Source of the DNA: Bacteroidota bacterium
GTDB taxonomy: Bacteria; Bacteroidota; Bacteroidia; Chitinophagales; Chitinophagaceae
DNA length: 64,000 nucleotides
Assembly (NCBI GenBank): GCA_013285855.1
Contig: JABDGW010000003.1
Coordinates: 16,810-80,809, forward strand
Reading direction: 5' to 3'
This document shows, in pieces, positions 1 through 9,205 of this stretch. How positions within the stretch are numbered: the first letter of the stretch is position 1; each line of letters begins with the position of its first letter. The notes under the pieces were generated by a model. The model worked only from the letters and a program-made list of their open reading frames with translations. It made no database searches and was not told the origin of the DNA. Both the position numbers and the translations under genes were made by a program.

Positions 1-91
1 TTGCTGTTTTTAAACCTTGTTTGGCAAGTTTTTTTGCAAGTGGTGTTCCGCCTTGTCCAGAGCCGATAACAATCGCATCATAGTGTTTCAT
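1..91 (-). CDS. N-terminus of a pyridine nucleotide-disulfide oxidoreductase (MerA/RclA-like flavoprotein), truncated by window edge
   Basis: Not in ORF track. Reverse complement from ATG at 91 reads MKHYDAIVIGSGQGGTPLAKKLAKQGLKTA, an FAD-binding GxGxxG motif typical of the 'mercuric reductase'-annotated family. Confidence 0.8.
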   Translation of the reverse strand, partial: MKHYDAIVIGSGQGGTPLAKKLAKQGLKTA

Positions 92-201
92 ATAAGTATG
101 CGGGTAATTTTTATTTAAAGTAAATGATTTGATGCAACAGAATATAATTTTTTTGTGTCTTGGAATTTATACTTTATTTTGCCGCCGTCGTAAAATTTTT
201 T

Positions 202-756
202 GTGAAGAAACTTGCAGCAATATCATTACTTATACTTTTAGTATTCAATTTTATTGGGTACAGGCTGTTGTTTTCTTTTTTACAAGAGAAGGCAGAAAAA
301 AATATTGTTGCCAAAATTGATAAGCAGGATTATAACAATGCGGACTTAATCACACTTACCGTTCCGCTTTCAATGCCTTATTTAACTGACTCAAAAGATT
401 TTGAAAATAAGGATGGAGAAATAACATTAAATGGCAAGGTTTATCATTATGTAAAACAGAAAATTTCACAGGGAAATTTAATATTGAAATGTTTGCCAGA
501 TGAACAGCAAACACACCTGCAAAATGCAAGGGCAGATTTCTTTAAACTGGCTAATGAACTTCAACCTAATTCTTCTTCTAAAAAGTCAGGCGATAACAGC
601 CAAATAATAAAACTTACTATTAGTGATTATGAAGAACTGCAAACCAGTTCAATTCATTCTTATTCAACCCAAATAGCTACAACTTTTTTTAGTGATGCAT
701 CTTTTGCTTTACTTAAAGGCGAAGGTGTAATGCCCGAACAACCTCCCGAAGCTTAA
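202..756 (+). CDS. Membrane-anchored hypothetical protein ending in QPP (possible regulatory leader)
   Basis: ORF 160..756, likely GTG start at 202 (VKKLAAISLLILL). N-terminal TM/signal, GEITLNGKVYHYVK...CLPDE core, C-terminal PEQPPEA. Confidence 0.65.
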   Translation: MKKLAAISLLILLVFNFIGYRLLFSFLQEKAEKNIVAKIDKQDYNNADLITLTVPLSMPYLTDSKDFENKDGEITLNGKVYHYVKQKISQGNLILKCLPDEQQTHLQNARADFFKLANELQPNSSSKKSGDNSQIIKLTISDYEELQTSSIHSYSTQIATTFFSDASFALLKGEGVMPEQPPEA

Positions 757-955
757 TCTTATCTTCTTTCATTGCGGCAAATACTATAATGTTTTGCTAT
801 GTATGATACTGTAATAAACAGCATTGTAATTATTCAATTATCATTTACCAATTATTAAACCTGCCTGCTTTACAGAATTATTGATTTTAGCAGCTTAGTT
901 TATAAACAAAGCGCAAAAAGATAGCGCTAAACAATTAAAAGACTAAATCTTCAAT

Positions 956-2041
956 ATGAAAAAATCGCTTTTTGTCCTTGTTGCTCTTTCGCTTATTATT
1001 ATAAACAATAAATCATTTGCACAAGGTTGTGTGGCTATTCGCAGCACTGGTGCAATATGTGCTCTTCACATGCCTGATTCTATTTCAAATGCAAGCAAAT
1101 GGCAATTAGGTATTAATTACCGTTACTATAAATCATATAAACATTATGTAGGCACAGAAGAACAAAAGCTAAGAGTTGATACAGGTTCTAATGTTATCAA
1201 TCATTCCAACACTATTGATATTGCTTTAACGCATGAATTAAATAGACGCTGGAGTTTATTGGTTGATGTTCCCATTCTTGCTAACTCACGTTCATCGCTG
1301 TATGAACATGATCGTGTTAATCGTTACAGCACACATTCATTTGGTGTTGGCGATATTCGTTTTAGTGCATACAGGTGGATGTTTGACCCTGAAAAATCTC
1401 AGCATTTTAATTTACAATTGGGTCTTGGCATTAAATTTCCAACAGGAGATTATAAATACCAGGATAAATTTCATATAACAGATTCAACTACGCAAGTTGG
1501 TCCGGTTGATCAGTCTATTCAATTAGGTGATGGTGGAACCGGCTTTACAGTTGAAGCAAATACATTTTATAATTTTTCTCATCATGTTGGTTTGTATGGT
1601 AATTTTTATTACTTGCTTAATCCCAGAGAGCAAAATGGTGTTTCTACTGCACGTGGCGGTGTACCAAGTGCTCAAACTATGCAAATAGGAAGTGATGTGA
1701 TGAGTGTTCCCGATCAATATCTTATTCGTGCCGGAGTAAATTTTGATTTCAACAGGTTGATGTTTTCATTTGGCATGCGTGATGAATGTTTGCCCGTGTA
1801 TGATTTGATTGGTGGTAGTGAAGGTTTTAGAAGACCAGGTTATATTATTTCAGAAGAACAGGGGGTTTCTTATGCATTTAAAAAATTTAGCGCTTATGCG
1901 TATGTGCCTGTAGCATTGGTAAGAAATCGCACACAAAGTGTTCCCGATAAAAATAAAACTGAATTAACGGGTGTTTATTCACATGGTGACGCAGCCTTTG
2001 CTGATTACGTTATCAATGTTGGTTTTGTATTTAAGCTTTAA
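956..2041 (+). CDS. Putative outer-membrane beta-barrel protein/transporter with N-terminal Cys/His segment
   Basis: Signal peptide, then AQGCVAIRSTGAICALH; GVGDI...GLGIKFPTG...QLGDG motifs as in MetA/phenol-degradation-like barrels; amphipathic C-terminal strand INVGFVFKL. Confidence 0.65.
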   Translation: MKKSLFVLVALSLIIINNKSFAQGCVAIRSTGAICALHMPDSISNASKWQLGINYRYYKSYKHYVGTEEQKLRVDTGSNVINHSNTIDIALTHELNRRWSLLVDVPILANSRSSLYEHDRVNRYSTHSFGVGDIRFSAYRWMFDPEKSQHFNLQLGLGIKFPTGDYKYQDKFHITDSTTQVGPVDQSIQLGDGGTGFTVEANTFYNFSHHVGLYGNFYYLLNPREQNGVSTARGGVPSAQTMQIGSDVMSVPDQYLIRAGVNFDFNRLMFSFGMRDECLPVYDLIGGSEGFRRPGYIISEEQGVSYAFKKFSAYAYVPVALVRNRTQSVPDKNKTELTGVYSHGDAAFADYVINVGFVFKL

Positions 2042-2067
2042 AAAAATTAAATTATAATACAAGCAGA

Positions 2068-2097
2068 AACGCTGTTATTCTTAACAGTGTGTTTTTT
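2068..2097 (+). terminator. Weak intergenic hairpin plus T-run
   Basis: GCTGTTA-TTCT-TAACAGT followed by GTGTTTTTT between the barrel and haloperoxidase genes. Confidence 0.35.
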
Positions 2098-2119
2098 AAA
2101 AATTAAATTGAATATCTAA

Positions 2120-3460
2120 ATGAAAAAAGTTGGTTTTTGGCCGTTGCTAATAAGTGTTATTGGTTTTGTATCGTGCAATAAGAAAGACTATAAAACAGTA
2201 ATGCACGATCCTGATCTGTATTGCAAAACAATGCATGAGTTAAATTATGTAATTATCTATGACATCTTCAATCCACCTGTTGCTTCAAGAATTTTTGCTT
2301 ATGCAAATCTTGCCGCATATGAAACGCTTTCAAAGGAAGGTAAACATTATGCTTCGCTTGAAGGTAAATTAAATGGCTTAAAAAACATCCCATCGCCTGT
2401 AAAACCAGAGCAGGTTGATTTTCCATTCGCATCAATTATTGCAATGACAAAAGTTGGCAGAACACTTACTTTTTCTGAAGCCAGGATGGATGCATTGATT
2501 GATTCAATAAAAACGCTTGCAAAGAACACGAATATGACAACTGAAATGTTTGACAGTTCTGTAAACTATGGAAGCCGTGTTGCCGATTCAATTTTAGCAT
2601 GGGGTAAAAAAGATAATTATGGAAAAACACGCGGTTCAAAATTCACCGTTACAAATTTGGAAGGCCATTGGTCGCCAACTCCACCGGGATATTTTGATGC
2701 TGTTGAACCAAAATGGCAAACGATAAGAACACTTGCGCTTGATTCAGCCAATATGTTTTCTATCAATCCGCCGCCGCCATTCAGCAAAGATTCAACAAGT
2801 GAGTTTTATAAGTTGGCAAAGCAGGTATATGATACAGTAAATGCTTTAAATGATGCACAAAAATGGCAGGCAAATTTCTGGGACTGTAATTCATTTAAAA
2901 TGCACCAGGAAGGCCACGTTATGTTTGCCACAAAAGCGATGACGCCTCCCGGTCACTGGATGGAAATTATTGGAACAATAAGCAAGGATAAAAAAGCAGA
3001 TTGGTATCAAACCGTGTTTAACTATACAGGCGCTTCTATGGCAATGTTTGATGGATTTATTGCGTGCTGGTATTATAAATATTATTATGATATGATAAGG
3101 CCCGAAACCTATATCAATTTATATATTGATCCTAACTGGAAGCCTTTTTTACAAACGCCGCCTTTTCCTGAATACATTAGCGGGCACTCTGTAATTTCTT
3201 CTGCTGCTTCTGAATTTTTATCAAGAGTATATGGAGATAAAATTTCTTTCACCGATTCTTCTGAAAGAGACTGGGGTTTTGCAGACAGGAAATTTACATC
3301 AATGAGCCAATGCGCATGGGATGTTTCTTTAAGCAGGTTTTACGGCGGCATACATTATTATAAAGCAATTGTTGAAGGAAGAAACCAGGGAAACAAGATT
3401 GGTGACCTGGTTATGAATAAACTGATGTCTTCAAAAAAAGAAGTTGCAAAAGCAAATTGA
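2120..3460 (+). CDS. Vanadium-dependent haloperoxidase-like (PAP2 superfamily) lipoprotein
   Basis: Lipobox FVSC then NKKD; all three PAP2/VHPO motifs present: KYYYDMIRP, PPFPEYISGHS, SRFYGGIH. Confidence 0.85.
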   Translation: MKKVGFWPLLISVIGFVSCNKKDYKTVMHDPDLYCKTMHELNYVIIYDIFNPPVASRIFAYANLAAYETLSKEGKHYASLEGKLNGLKNIPSPVKPEQVDFPFASIIAMTKVGRTLTFSEARMDALIDSIKTLAKNTNMTTEMFDSSVNYGSRVADSILAWGKKDNYGKTRGSKFTVTNLEGHWSPTPPGYFDAVEPKWQTIRTLALDSANMFSINPPPPFSKDSTSEFYKLAKQVYDTVNALNDAQKWQANFWDCNSFKMHQEGHVMFATKAMTPPGHWMEIIGTISKDKKADWYQTVFNYTGASMAMFDGFIACWYYKYYYDMIRPETYINLYIDPNWKPFLQTPPFPEYISGHSVISSAASEFLSRVYGDKISFTDSSERDWGFADRKFTSMSQCAWDVSLSRFYGGIHYYKAIVEGRNQGNKIGDLVMNKLMSSKKEVAKAN

Positions 3461-4281
3461 TAAATTTAGTGATGATGAAAGCAGAGATGGAGAAAAAAGT
3501 TTATTATACCCTGCGTGTTGCAAGTGCTATGTGCTTTATAGGCCATGGTGCTTTTGGAATAATTACAAAAGAGATATGGTGCAATTATTTTGGTGTGTTT
3601 GGAATGGATCATGCCACTGCGTACACATTAATGCCATACGTTGGTGTTGTTGATATATGCTGCGGACTGTTGATTTTATTTTATCCTTTAAGAATTGTTT
3701 TTGGATGGCTGATTATTTGGGGAACAGTTACAGCCTTGCTTCGGCCATTATCAGGCGAACCTGTTGCAGAATTTATTGAGCGTGCTGGTAATTACGGAGC
3801 GCCACTTGCCTTATTATTGCTAACCTATGCAAGACACCATAACAATTGGCTGAAGCCTATTAAAGCACTGCATGCTTCAAACAATGAAGCAATACTAAAG
3901 CGTGTAATGATATGTTTAAGAGTTGTGGTGTTCTTGCTTTTTCTTGGTCATGGCTGTTTGAATTTGATTGAAAAGAAATCTTTGCTTGATCAATATCATG
4001 CATTAGGTTTTTCAAATGCAATAACTACTGCACATGTTGTTGGTTCATTAGAAATACTTGCAGCAGTCTCAGTTTTGATCAAGCCTGTTTCTTCAATACT
4101 GCTAATATTTTTTATATGGAAAGTGTTTAGCGAATTATTCTATCCACACTGGGAAATATTTGAATTTATAGAACGCGGCGGAAGTTATGGTGCTATACTG
4201 GCTTTATGGTTTCTTACCAGGTCATCTTTATCATATTCTTCAATCAAAAAACGAAATGAATTTATAAAGGTTTATTTCTAA
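3457..4281 (+). CDS. Integral membrane protein with internal duplication (DoxX-like)
   Basis: Two repeats: LRVASAMCFIGHG...EFIERAGNYGAPLAL and LRVVVFLLFLGHG...EFIERGGSYGAILAL. Start may be an ATG slightly downstream. Confidence 0.65.
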   Translation: MINLVMMKAEMEKKVYYTLRVASAMCFIGHGAFGIITKEIWCNYFGVFGMDHATAYTLMPYVGVVDICCGLLILFYPLRIVFGWLIIWGTVTALLRPLSGEPVAEFIERAGNYGAPLALLLLTYARHHNNWLKPIKALHASNNEAILKRVMICLRVVVFLLFLGHGCLNLIEKKSLLDQYHALGFSNAITTAHVVGSLEILAAVSVLIKPVSSILLIFFIWKVFSELFYPHWEIFEFIERGGSYGAILALWFLTRSSLSYSSIKKRNEFIKVYF

Positions 4282-4341
4282 TGTATTTCTTAAATATTGA
4301 ATAAAAAAGAGTTTTGTTTTAAGAAAGTAATACAAGCAAAC

Positions 4342-4368
4342 GGGATGTGTTTCTACACATCCTTTTTT
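4342..4368 (+). terminator. Rho-independent terminator closing the 202-4281 operon
   Basis: GGATGTGT-TTCT-ACACATCC then TTTTTT. Confidence 0.75.
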
Positions 4369-4475
4369 ATTTAATTCTTAGGGCGCCGCAATTCTTTTAG
4401 CTTATGCGATTGCAGTATATTTTTTTACAATCAACCTAAGCAATATTGTTTATTTTTATCAAGCTAATAACTATT

Positions 4476-5579
4476 ATGCCTTTTTATCAAAACATAAACA
4501 GTAACACCACAATTGGCAAACGCATCATTGACAGGCTGCTTAAATTAAGAGTAAAACTCAAAAATGAAATACCGGAAAAACTTTTAGAAAGTAATCTCAT
4601 TATTGCATCATGGAATATCAGGGAGTTTGATTCACCTGCTTATGGTGACCGTGTTGAAGAATGCTTTTATTATATAGCTGAAATTATTTCCAAATTTGAT
4701 ATTATCGCTGTTCAGGAAGTGCGCCAGGATTTGAAAGCGCTAAAAAAGCTTATCGCAATCCTTGGCGGCCATTGGCAATATATTGTTACTGACGTAACAG
4801 AAGGAGCACAGGGAAATAAAGAAAGACTTGCTTTTTTATTTGATACAAGAAGAGTAAAATTTGGCGGTTTGGCAGGAGAAATTGTATTGCCGCCATTTGA
4901 AGCAAAAGATCCTGAAACGGGACAAATAATTTATCAGCCGGTAACACAATTAGCCCGAACGCCGTATATGTGTGGTTTTAAAGCCGGCTGGACGAATTTT
5001 ATGCTTGCAACTGTACACATATTATATGGTACATCTGCAGCAAATGATCCGGACAGAATAAAAGAAATAGAAAACATTGCACAAATACTTGCAAAGAAAA
5101 CCATGGATAAATATGAATGGTCAGGCAACCTGGTTTTGTTAGGTGATTTTAATATTTACAGCCCGTTAGATGAAACATATACTTCTATTTTGAAGGCAGG
5201 GTTTGAAATACCAACGCAACTGCAGAATTTGCCTTCTAATGCCTTACAAAATAAATTTTATGACCAGATTGCTTTTAAAGTTATGCCGGGTCAGTTTGAA
5301 ATCACAGGCAAAGCCGGAATATTCAATTATTATGAAGTAGTGTTTACAGAAGCCGATGAAAGTATTTATGCTTCATTAATGGGAGAAGCATATAATACAA
5401 CTGACGTAGGCACTGAAAGAAAAGATAAAAGTTTATATTATAAAACTTACTGGAGAACTTACCAGATGTCTGATCATTTACCTATGTGGGCAGAAATAAA
5501 AATTGATCATACAGATGCATATCTCGAAAACAAATTGCTTCCGCCGCAAACAACAAATGAAAATGTTGGCACTCCATAG
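4476..5579 (+). CDS. Endonuclease/exonuclease/phosphatase (DNase I-like) family protein
   Basis: Motifs SWNI, AVQEV, TVH, LGDFN, YDQI, SDHLP; ATG at 4476 preferred over TTG at 4446. Confidence 0.85.
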   Translation: MPFYQNINSNTTIGKRIIDRLLKLRVKLKNEIPEKLLESNLIIASWNIREFDSPAYGDRVEECFYYIAEIISKFDIIAVQEVRQDLKALKKLIAILGGHWQYIVTDVTEGAQGNKERLAFLFDTRRVKFGGLAGEIVLPPFEAKDPETGQIIYQPVTQLARTPYMCGFKAGWTNFMLATVHILYGTSAANDPDRIKEIENIAQILAKKTMDKYEWSGNLVLLGDFNIYSPLDETYTSILKAGFEIPTQLQNLPSNALQNKFYDQIAFKVMPGQFEITGKAGIFNYYEVVFTEADESIYASLMGEAYNTTDVGTERKDKSLYYKTYWRTYQMSDHLPMWAEIKIDHTDAYLENKLLPPQTTNENVGTP

Positions 5580-5631
5580 TTCAGCCTTGTACATGTGCAT
5601 GCCTGCGTGAAATAAGCAACCTGGTAAAAGG

Positions 5632-6849
5632 CTAACTTTTTAAAGAATAAAACTGGTCTGCTGCTTTTTTTGCCGGAACCCACGAAGCGATAACAGCAAT
5701 AATTAATACAGTAACTGTTACAAGCAAAAAATCCTGCGGAACCATTTTTACCGGGTAGTAATCAATAATAAATGTGCCGCCTTCCAGCTTAACAATTTTA
5801 TATTGTATTTGTATAAAGCAAATTGCAAACGCAACCAGCATTCCCAAAATGCCACCGGCACCTGCAAGCAAAAAACCTTCACTTAAAAAAATCTGCTGAA
5901 TGCGGTTTTCTGAAGCCCCCATTGCTTTTAATACAGCTATATCTTTTTCTTTTTCTAAAACAAGCATGGTAAGCGCACCGATCATATTAAATGCAGCTAC
6001 CAGTAATATCAAGGAAAGAATTCCATAGATCACCCATTTCTCTATTTGCATTACTGTAAACAAACTTTGGTTTTGTTCATAGCTTGTTTGCACAACAAAA
6101 TTATTGCCGAGCAGTTGTTGCAATTGCTGCTGAATATCTTTTACATCATCTTTTTTTGCAACAGAAATTTCTATGCCTGTATATTCATTTGCATTCAGAT
6201 CTAACATATACTGCACAAAAGCAAGATTAGTAAATGCATATTTATCATCAAACTCCTGCTGCACAGAAAAAATGCCCGAAGGTTTTACTTCAAATGAATG
6301 CATGGCATCAAGGCTGTTGAAATTTTTTGCTTTGCGGTTGGGTAAATAAATAACAAGATCAGATAAAGGAGATTGAGGATCTGCGCCCACTGCATTGGCA
6401 ATTCCTGAGCCGGCAATAATTGCAGGCGCTTCGGTTGTGCCCAGATCATATTTACCAACAGTAATATAATTGGGCAACTTATTTACGGTGCTGTAATTTT
6501 TATCAACGCCTTTTAAAAAAACTATGGTTTGATAATCTCCGTTTACCAGCACTGCTTTTTCTTCAACAGTAAAGCTTAAGGCATTTACGCCGTTAACTGT
6601 TTGTATTTTTTTAATCAGCGACTCATCTGCAGTTATAAATTTTCCTTTGCTGGCAACTATTTTAATATCTGCATAAAAATCGCCGTATAAATTTTTTACA
6701 AGGTTTTCAAAACCATTAAACACACTCAGCACAATTATTAAAGCAGCGGTACTAACCATTATTGCAATCATGCTTATCCAGGCAATAACGTTTATAGCAT
6801 TTGTAGATTTTTTTGATTTAAAATATCGCCAGGCGAATAAGAAGTTCAA
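5632..6849 (-). CDS. LolC/E-family lipoprotein-releasing ABC transporter permease
   Basis: FAWRYF...LSVFNGF, AAFNMIGALTMLVLEK...IAVLKAMGA. ORF track starts at 6882; TTG at 6849 more likely because the extra N-terminus is repeat-derived. Confidence 0.85.
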   Translation of the reverse strand: MNFLFAWRYFKSKKSTNAINVIAWISMIAIMVSTAALIIVLSVFNGFENLVKNLYGDFYADIKIVASKGKFITADESLIKKIQTVNGVNALSFTVEEKAVLVNGDYQTIVFLKGVDKNYSTVNKLPNYITVGKYDLGTTEAPAIIAGSGIANAVGADPQSPLSDLVIYLPNRKAKNFNSLDAMHSFEVKPSGIFSVQQEFDDKYAFTNLAFVQYMLDLNANEYTGIEISVAKKDDVKDIQQQLQQLLGNNFVVQTSYEQNQSLFTVMQIEKWVIYGILSLILLVAAFNMIGALTMLVLEKEKDIAVLKAMGASENRIQQIFLSEGFLLAGAGGILGMLVAFAICFIQIQYKIVKLEGGTFIIDYYPVKMVPQDFLLVTVTVLIIAVIASWVPAKKAADQFYSLKS

Positions 6850-6897
6850 GTGTTTAAATGTTTCAAAGTTTAAGAAGTTCAAAGTTTCAAAGGTCTT

Positions 6898-7263
6898 TTA
6901 CTTTTCTTCAGGTGGTTGATTTATCTGTTTAAATAATTCTTCCATTTTAAATACATGATCAAGCGTATCATCTAAATAAAATTTTAAAACAGGCATGCGG
7001 CGCAACTGGTTTTTAATTCTTGCTGTCAATTCTTTTTTTATTTCCCATGATTGCTTTTCTATTTTTATAAGTGCAGCTTTTTCATCCTGCACTTTATACA
7101 TGCTTACATATATTCTTGCCTCCAGCAGGTCTGGCGTAATTTTTACGGATGATATAGAAACCATCCCGCCATTAATCATATTCAAATTAAGCCTTCTGAA
7201 AATATCATTCAGTTCTTCTGATAAAACCGCGGCTACCTGTTTTTGTCTTTTACCTTCTTCCAT
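6898..7263 (-). CDS. rbfA: Ribosome-binding factor A
   Basis: RQKQVA...VKITPDLLEARIYVS...QLRRMPVLKFYLDDTLD. Confidence 0.95.
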   Translation of the reverse strand: MEEGKRQKQVAAVLSEELNDIFRRLNLNMINGGMVSISSVKITPDLLEARIYVSMYKVQDEKAALIKIEKQSWEIKKELTARIKNQLRRMPVLKFYLDDTLDHVFKMEELFKQINQPPEEK

Positions 7264-7377
7264 ACTATTACCTTTGCTGTAAAATTAGCACGATTAAATT
7301 TATTTGCCGGCGTGCTTTCAATTTATAACAAATAAAATGTCTTTATATTTCAGCACCGGCTTAAATATTTTTTTTAG

Positions 7378-9204
7378 ATGAAACAATACTCAAGGGTTTT
7401 CGCATATCTTAAAAAATACATTCCGCAGATATTCTTTTATTTTTTATGCACTGTTCTTTCTATTATTTTTTCAATCGTATCCATCGGCATGTTAATGCCT
7501 TTTTTAGAGTTGATATTTAATGTTGGCTCAAATACATTAACCAATCTTACACAACAATCAGGCAATCCTGCTATAAGTTTTATAAGAAATGTTCTTACAC
7601 AATCTGTTCAGCAAAATGGAAAATTGAATACACTTGGTTTAATTTGTGTTTTCATCATTACTTCTGTTTTTCTTAAGAATCTTTTCCTGTATTTAGCTTC
7701 TTATATTCTTAACCCGATGAAGAATTCTATTGTGAATGAGTTAAGAACTGAATTATATAATAAGATTTTGCAATTGCCGATCGGCTATTTTACAGAGCAA
7801 AAAAAGGGCGATCTCATCAGCCGTATTACAAACGATGTTAATGAGGTTGAAAATTCTGTGGTAGGCACTTTGGAAGGCTGGATCCGCGATCCGCTTTCTA
7901 TAATTTTTAATGTGGGATTTTTATTTTACTTAAGCCCGCAGCTTACATTATTTCTTATCATATTAATTCCGGTAATGGGCTTGGTAATTGGAAGAATAAC
8001 ACGCTCATTAAAAAAACAATCATCAAGGGCGGCGATAAAATACGGAGAATCTGTTTCTATTTTAGATGAAACATTAACCGGGTTGCGTGTAATAAAAGCA
8101 TTTAATGCAGAAACATTATTGCGCTCAAGATTTTTTAAAATAAACAGTGAATTATTGCATTCAAAAAATCATATTGGTTACAGGAGAGACCTGGCTTCGC
8201 CGGTAAGTGAGTTATTAGGTGTTATGATGTTTGCTGTGATTTTATGGTATGGAGGCAGCGGTATTTTAAGCGGTAAAATTGCATTGGAAGGTTCTGTATT
8301 TATAGGTTATCTCGCTTTGTTTTATAATATCATCACGCCTGCAAAATCTTTGTCTACTTCATTTAGCAATATGCAAAAAGGCAGTGCTGCAATCGGCCGT
8401 ATTGAAGAGGTATTAAGAGCAACTGTTACGGTTGATGATAATCCAAACGGTAAAAAGCTCGATCATTTTGAACACAGCATTGAATTTAAAAACGTAAGCT
8501 TTAAATATGAAGATGTAACGATATTAAACAACATCAACTTAAAAATTGAAAAAGGAAAAACGATTGCATTGGTTGGTGCGTCTGGTGCAGGAAAAAGTAC
8601 GCTCGCTGATCTTGTGCCGCGCTTTCATGATGTAAGTGATGGTGAGATTTTAATTGATGGCATCAATATAAAAGATTACTCATTAAAAAGTTTACGCGGC
8701 CAAATAAGCATTGTAACACAGGAACCAATTTTATTTAATGATACTATTGCCAGCAATATTGCTTTGGGCCAGCAAACTGCTTCTGCAGAAGATATTAAAG
8801 CTGCAGCAAAAGTTGCCAACGCTTATTATTTTATTCAGCAAAAAGAACAAAAGTTTGATACAAACATCGGTGATCGCGGCAGTAAATTAAGCGGCGGCGA
8901 AAGGCAACGTTTAACGATTGCAAGAGCCATTTTAAAAAATCCGCCGATACTAATTTTAGATGAAGCAACTTCTTCGCTTGATACTGAAAGTGAAAAATTA
9001 GTGCAGGATGCAATTAATAATATGATGCAGAACAGAACGTCACTTGTAATTGCACATCGGTTATCCACTATACGCCATGCAGATGAAATAATTGTTTTGC
9101 AGAAAGGTGAAATTGCAGAACGCGGCACACATGAATCTTTAATGCTTGCTGAAGGAATTTATCATCGCCTTGTTCACATGAACCAATTGATTTCGATTGG
9201 CTGA
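7378..9204 (+). CDS. ABC exporter, fused permease/ATPase (MsbA-like)
   Basis: N-terminal TM domain, Walker A GASGAGKS, LSGGERQR signature, ILDEATS. Confidence 0.9.
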   Translation: MKQYSRVFAYLKKYIPQIFFYFLCTVLSIIFSIVSIGMLMPFLELIFNVGSNTLTNLTQQSGNPAISFIRNVLTQSVQQNGKLNTLGLICVFIITSVFLKNLFLYLASYILNPMKNSIVNELRTELYNKILQLPIGYFTEQKKGDLISRITNDVNEVENSVVGTLEGWIRDPLSIIFNVGFLFYLSPQLTLFLIILIPVMGLVIGRITRSLKKQSSRAAIKYGESVSILDETLTGLRVIKAFNAETLLRSRFFKINSELLHSKNHIGYRRDLASPVSELLGVMMFAVILWYGGSGILSGKIALEGSVFIGYLALFYNIITPAKSLSTSFSNMQKGSAAIGRIEEVLRATVTVDDNPNGKKLDHFEHSIEFKNVSFKYEDVTILNNINLKIEKGKTIALVGASGAGKSTLADLVPRFHDVSDGEILIDGINIKDYSLKSLRGQISIVTQEPILFNDTIASNIALGQQTASAEDIKAAAKVANAYYFIQQKEQKFDTNIGDRGSKLSGGERQRLTIARAILKNPPILILDEATSSLDTESEKLVQDAINNMMQNRTSLVIAHRLSTIRHADEIIVLQKGEIAERGTHESLMLAEGIYHRLVHMNQLISIG

Positions 9205-9205
9205 T

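Noticed and set aside
1-91. Mercury-resistance (mer) operon
   Set aside because: Only 30 codons are visible, there is no N-terminal metal-binding domain and no merR/T/P in the window.
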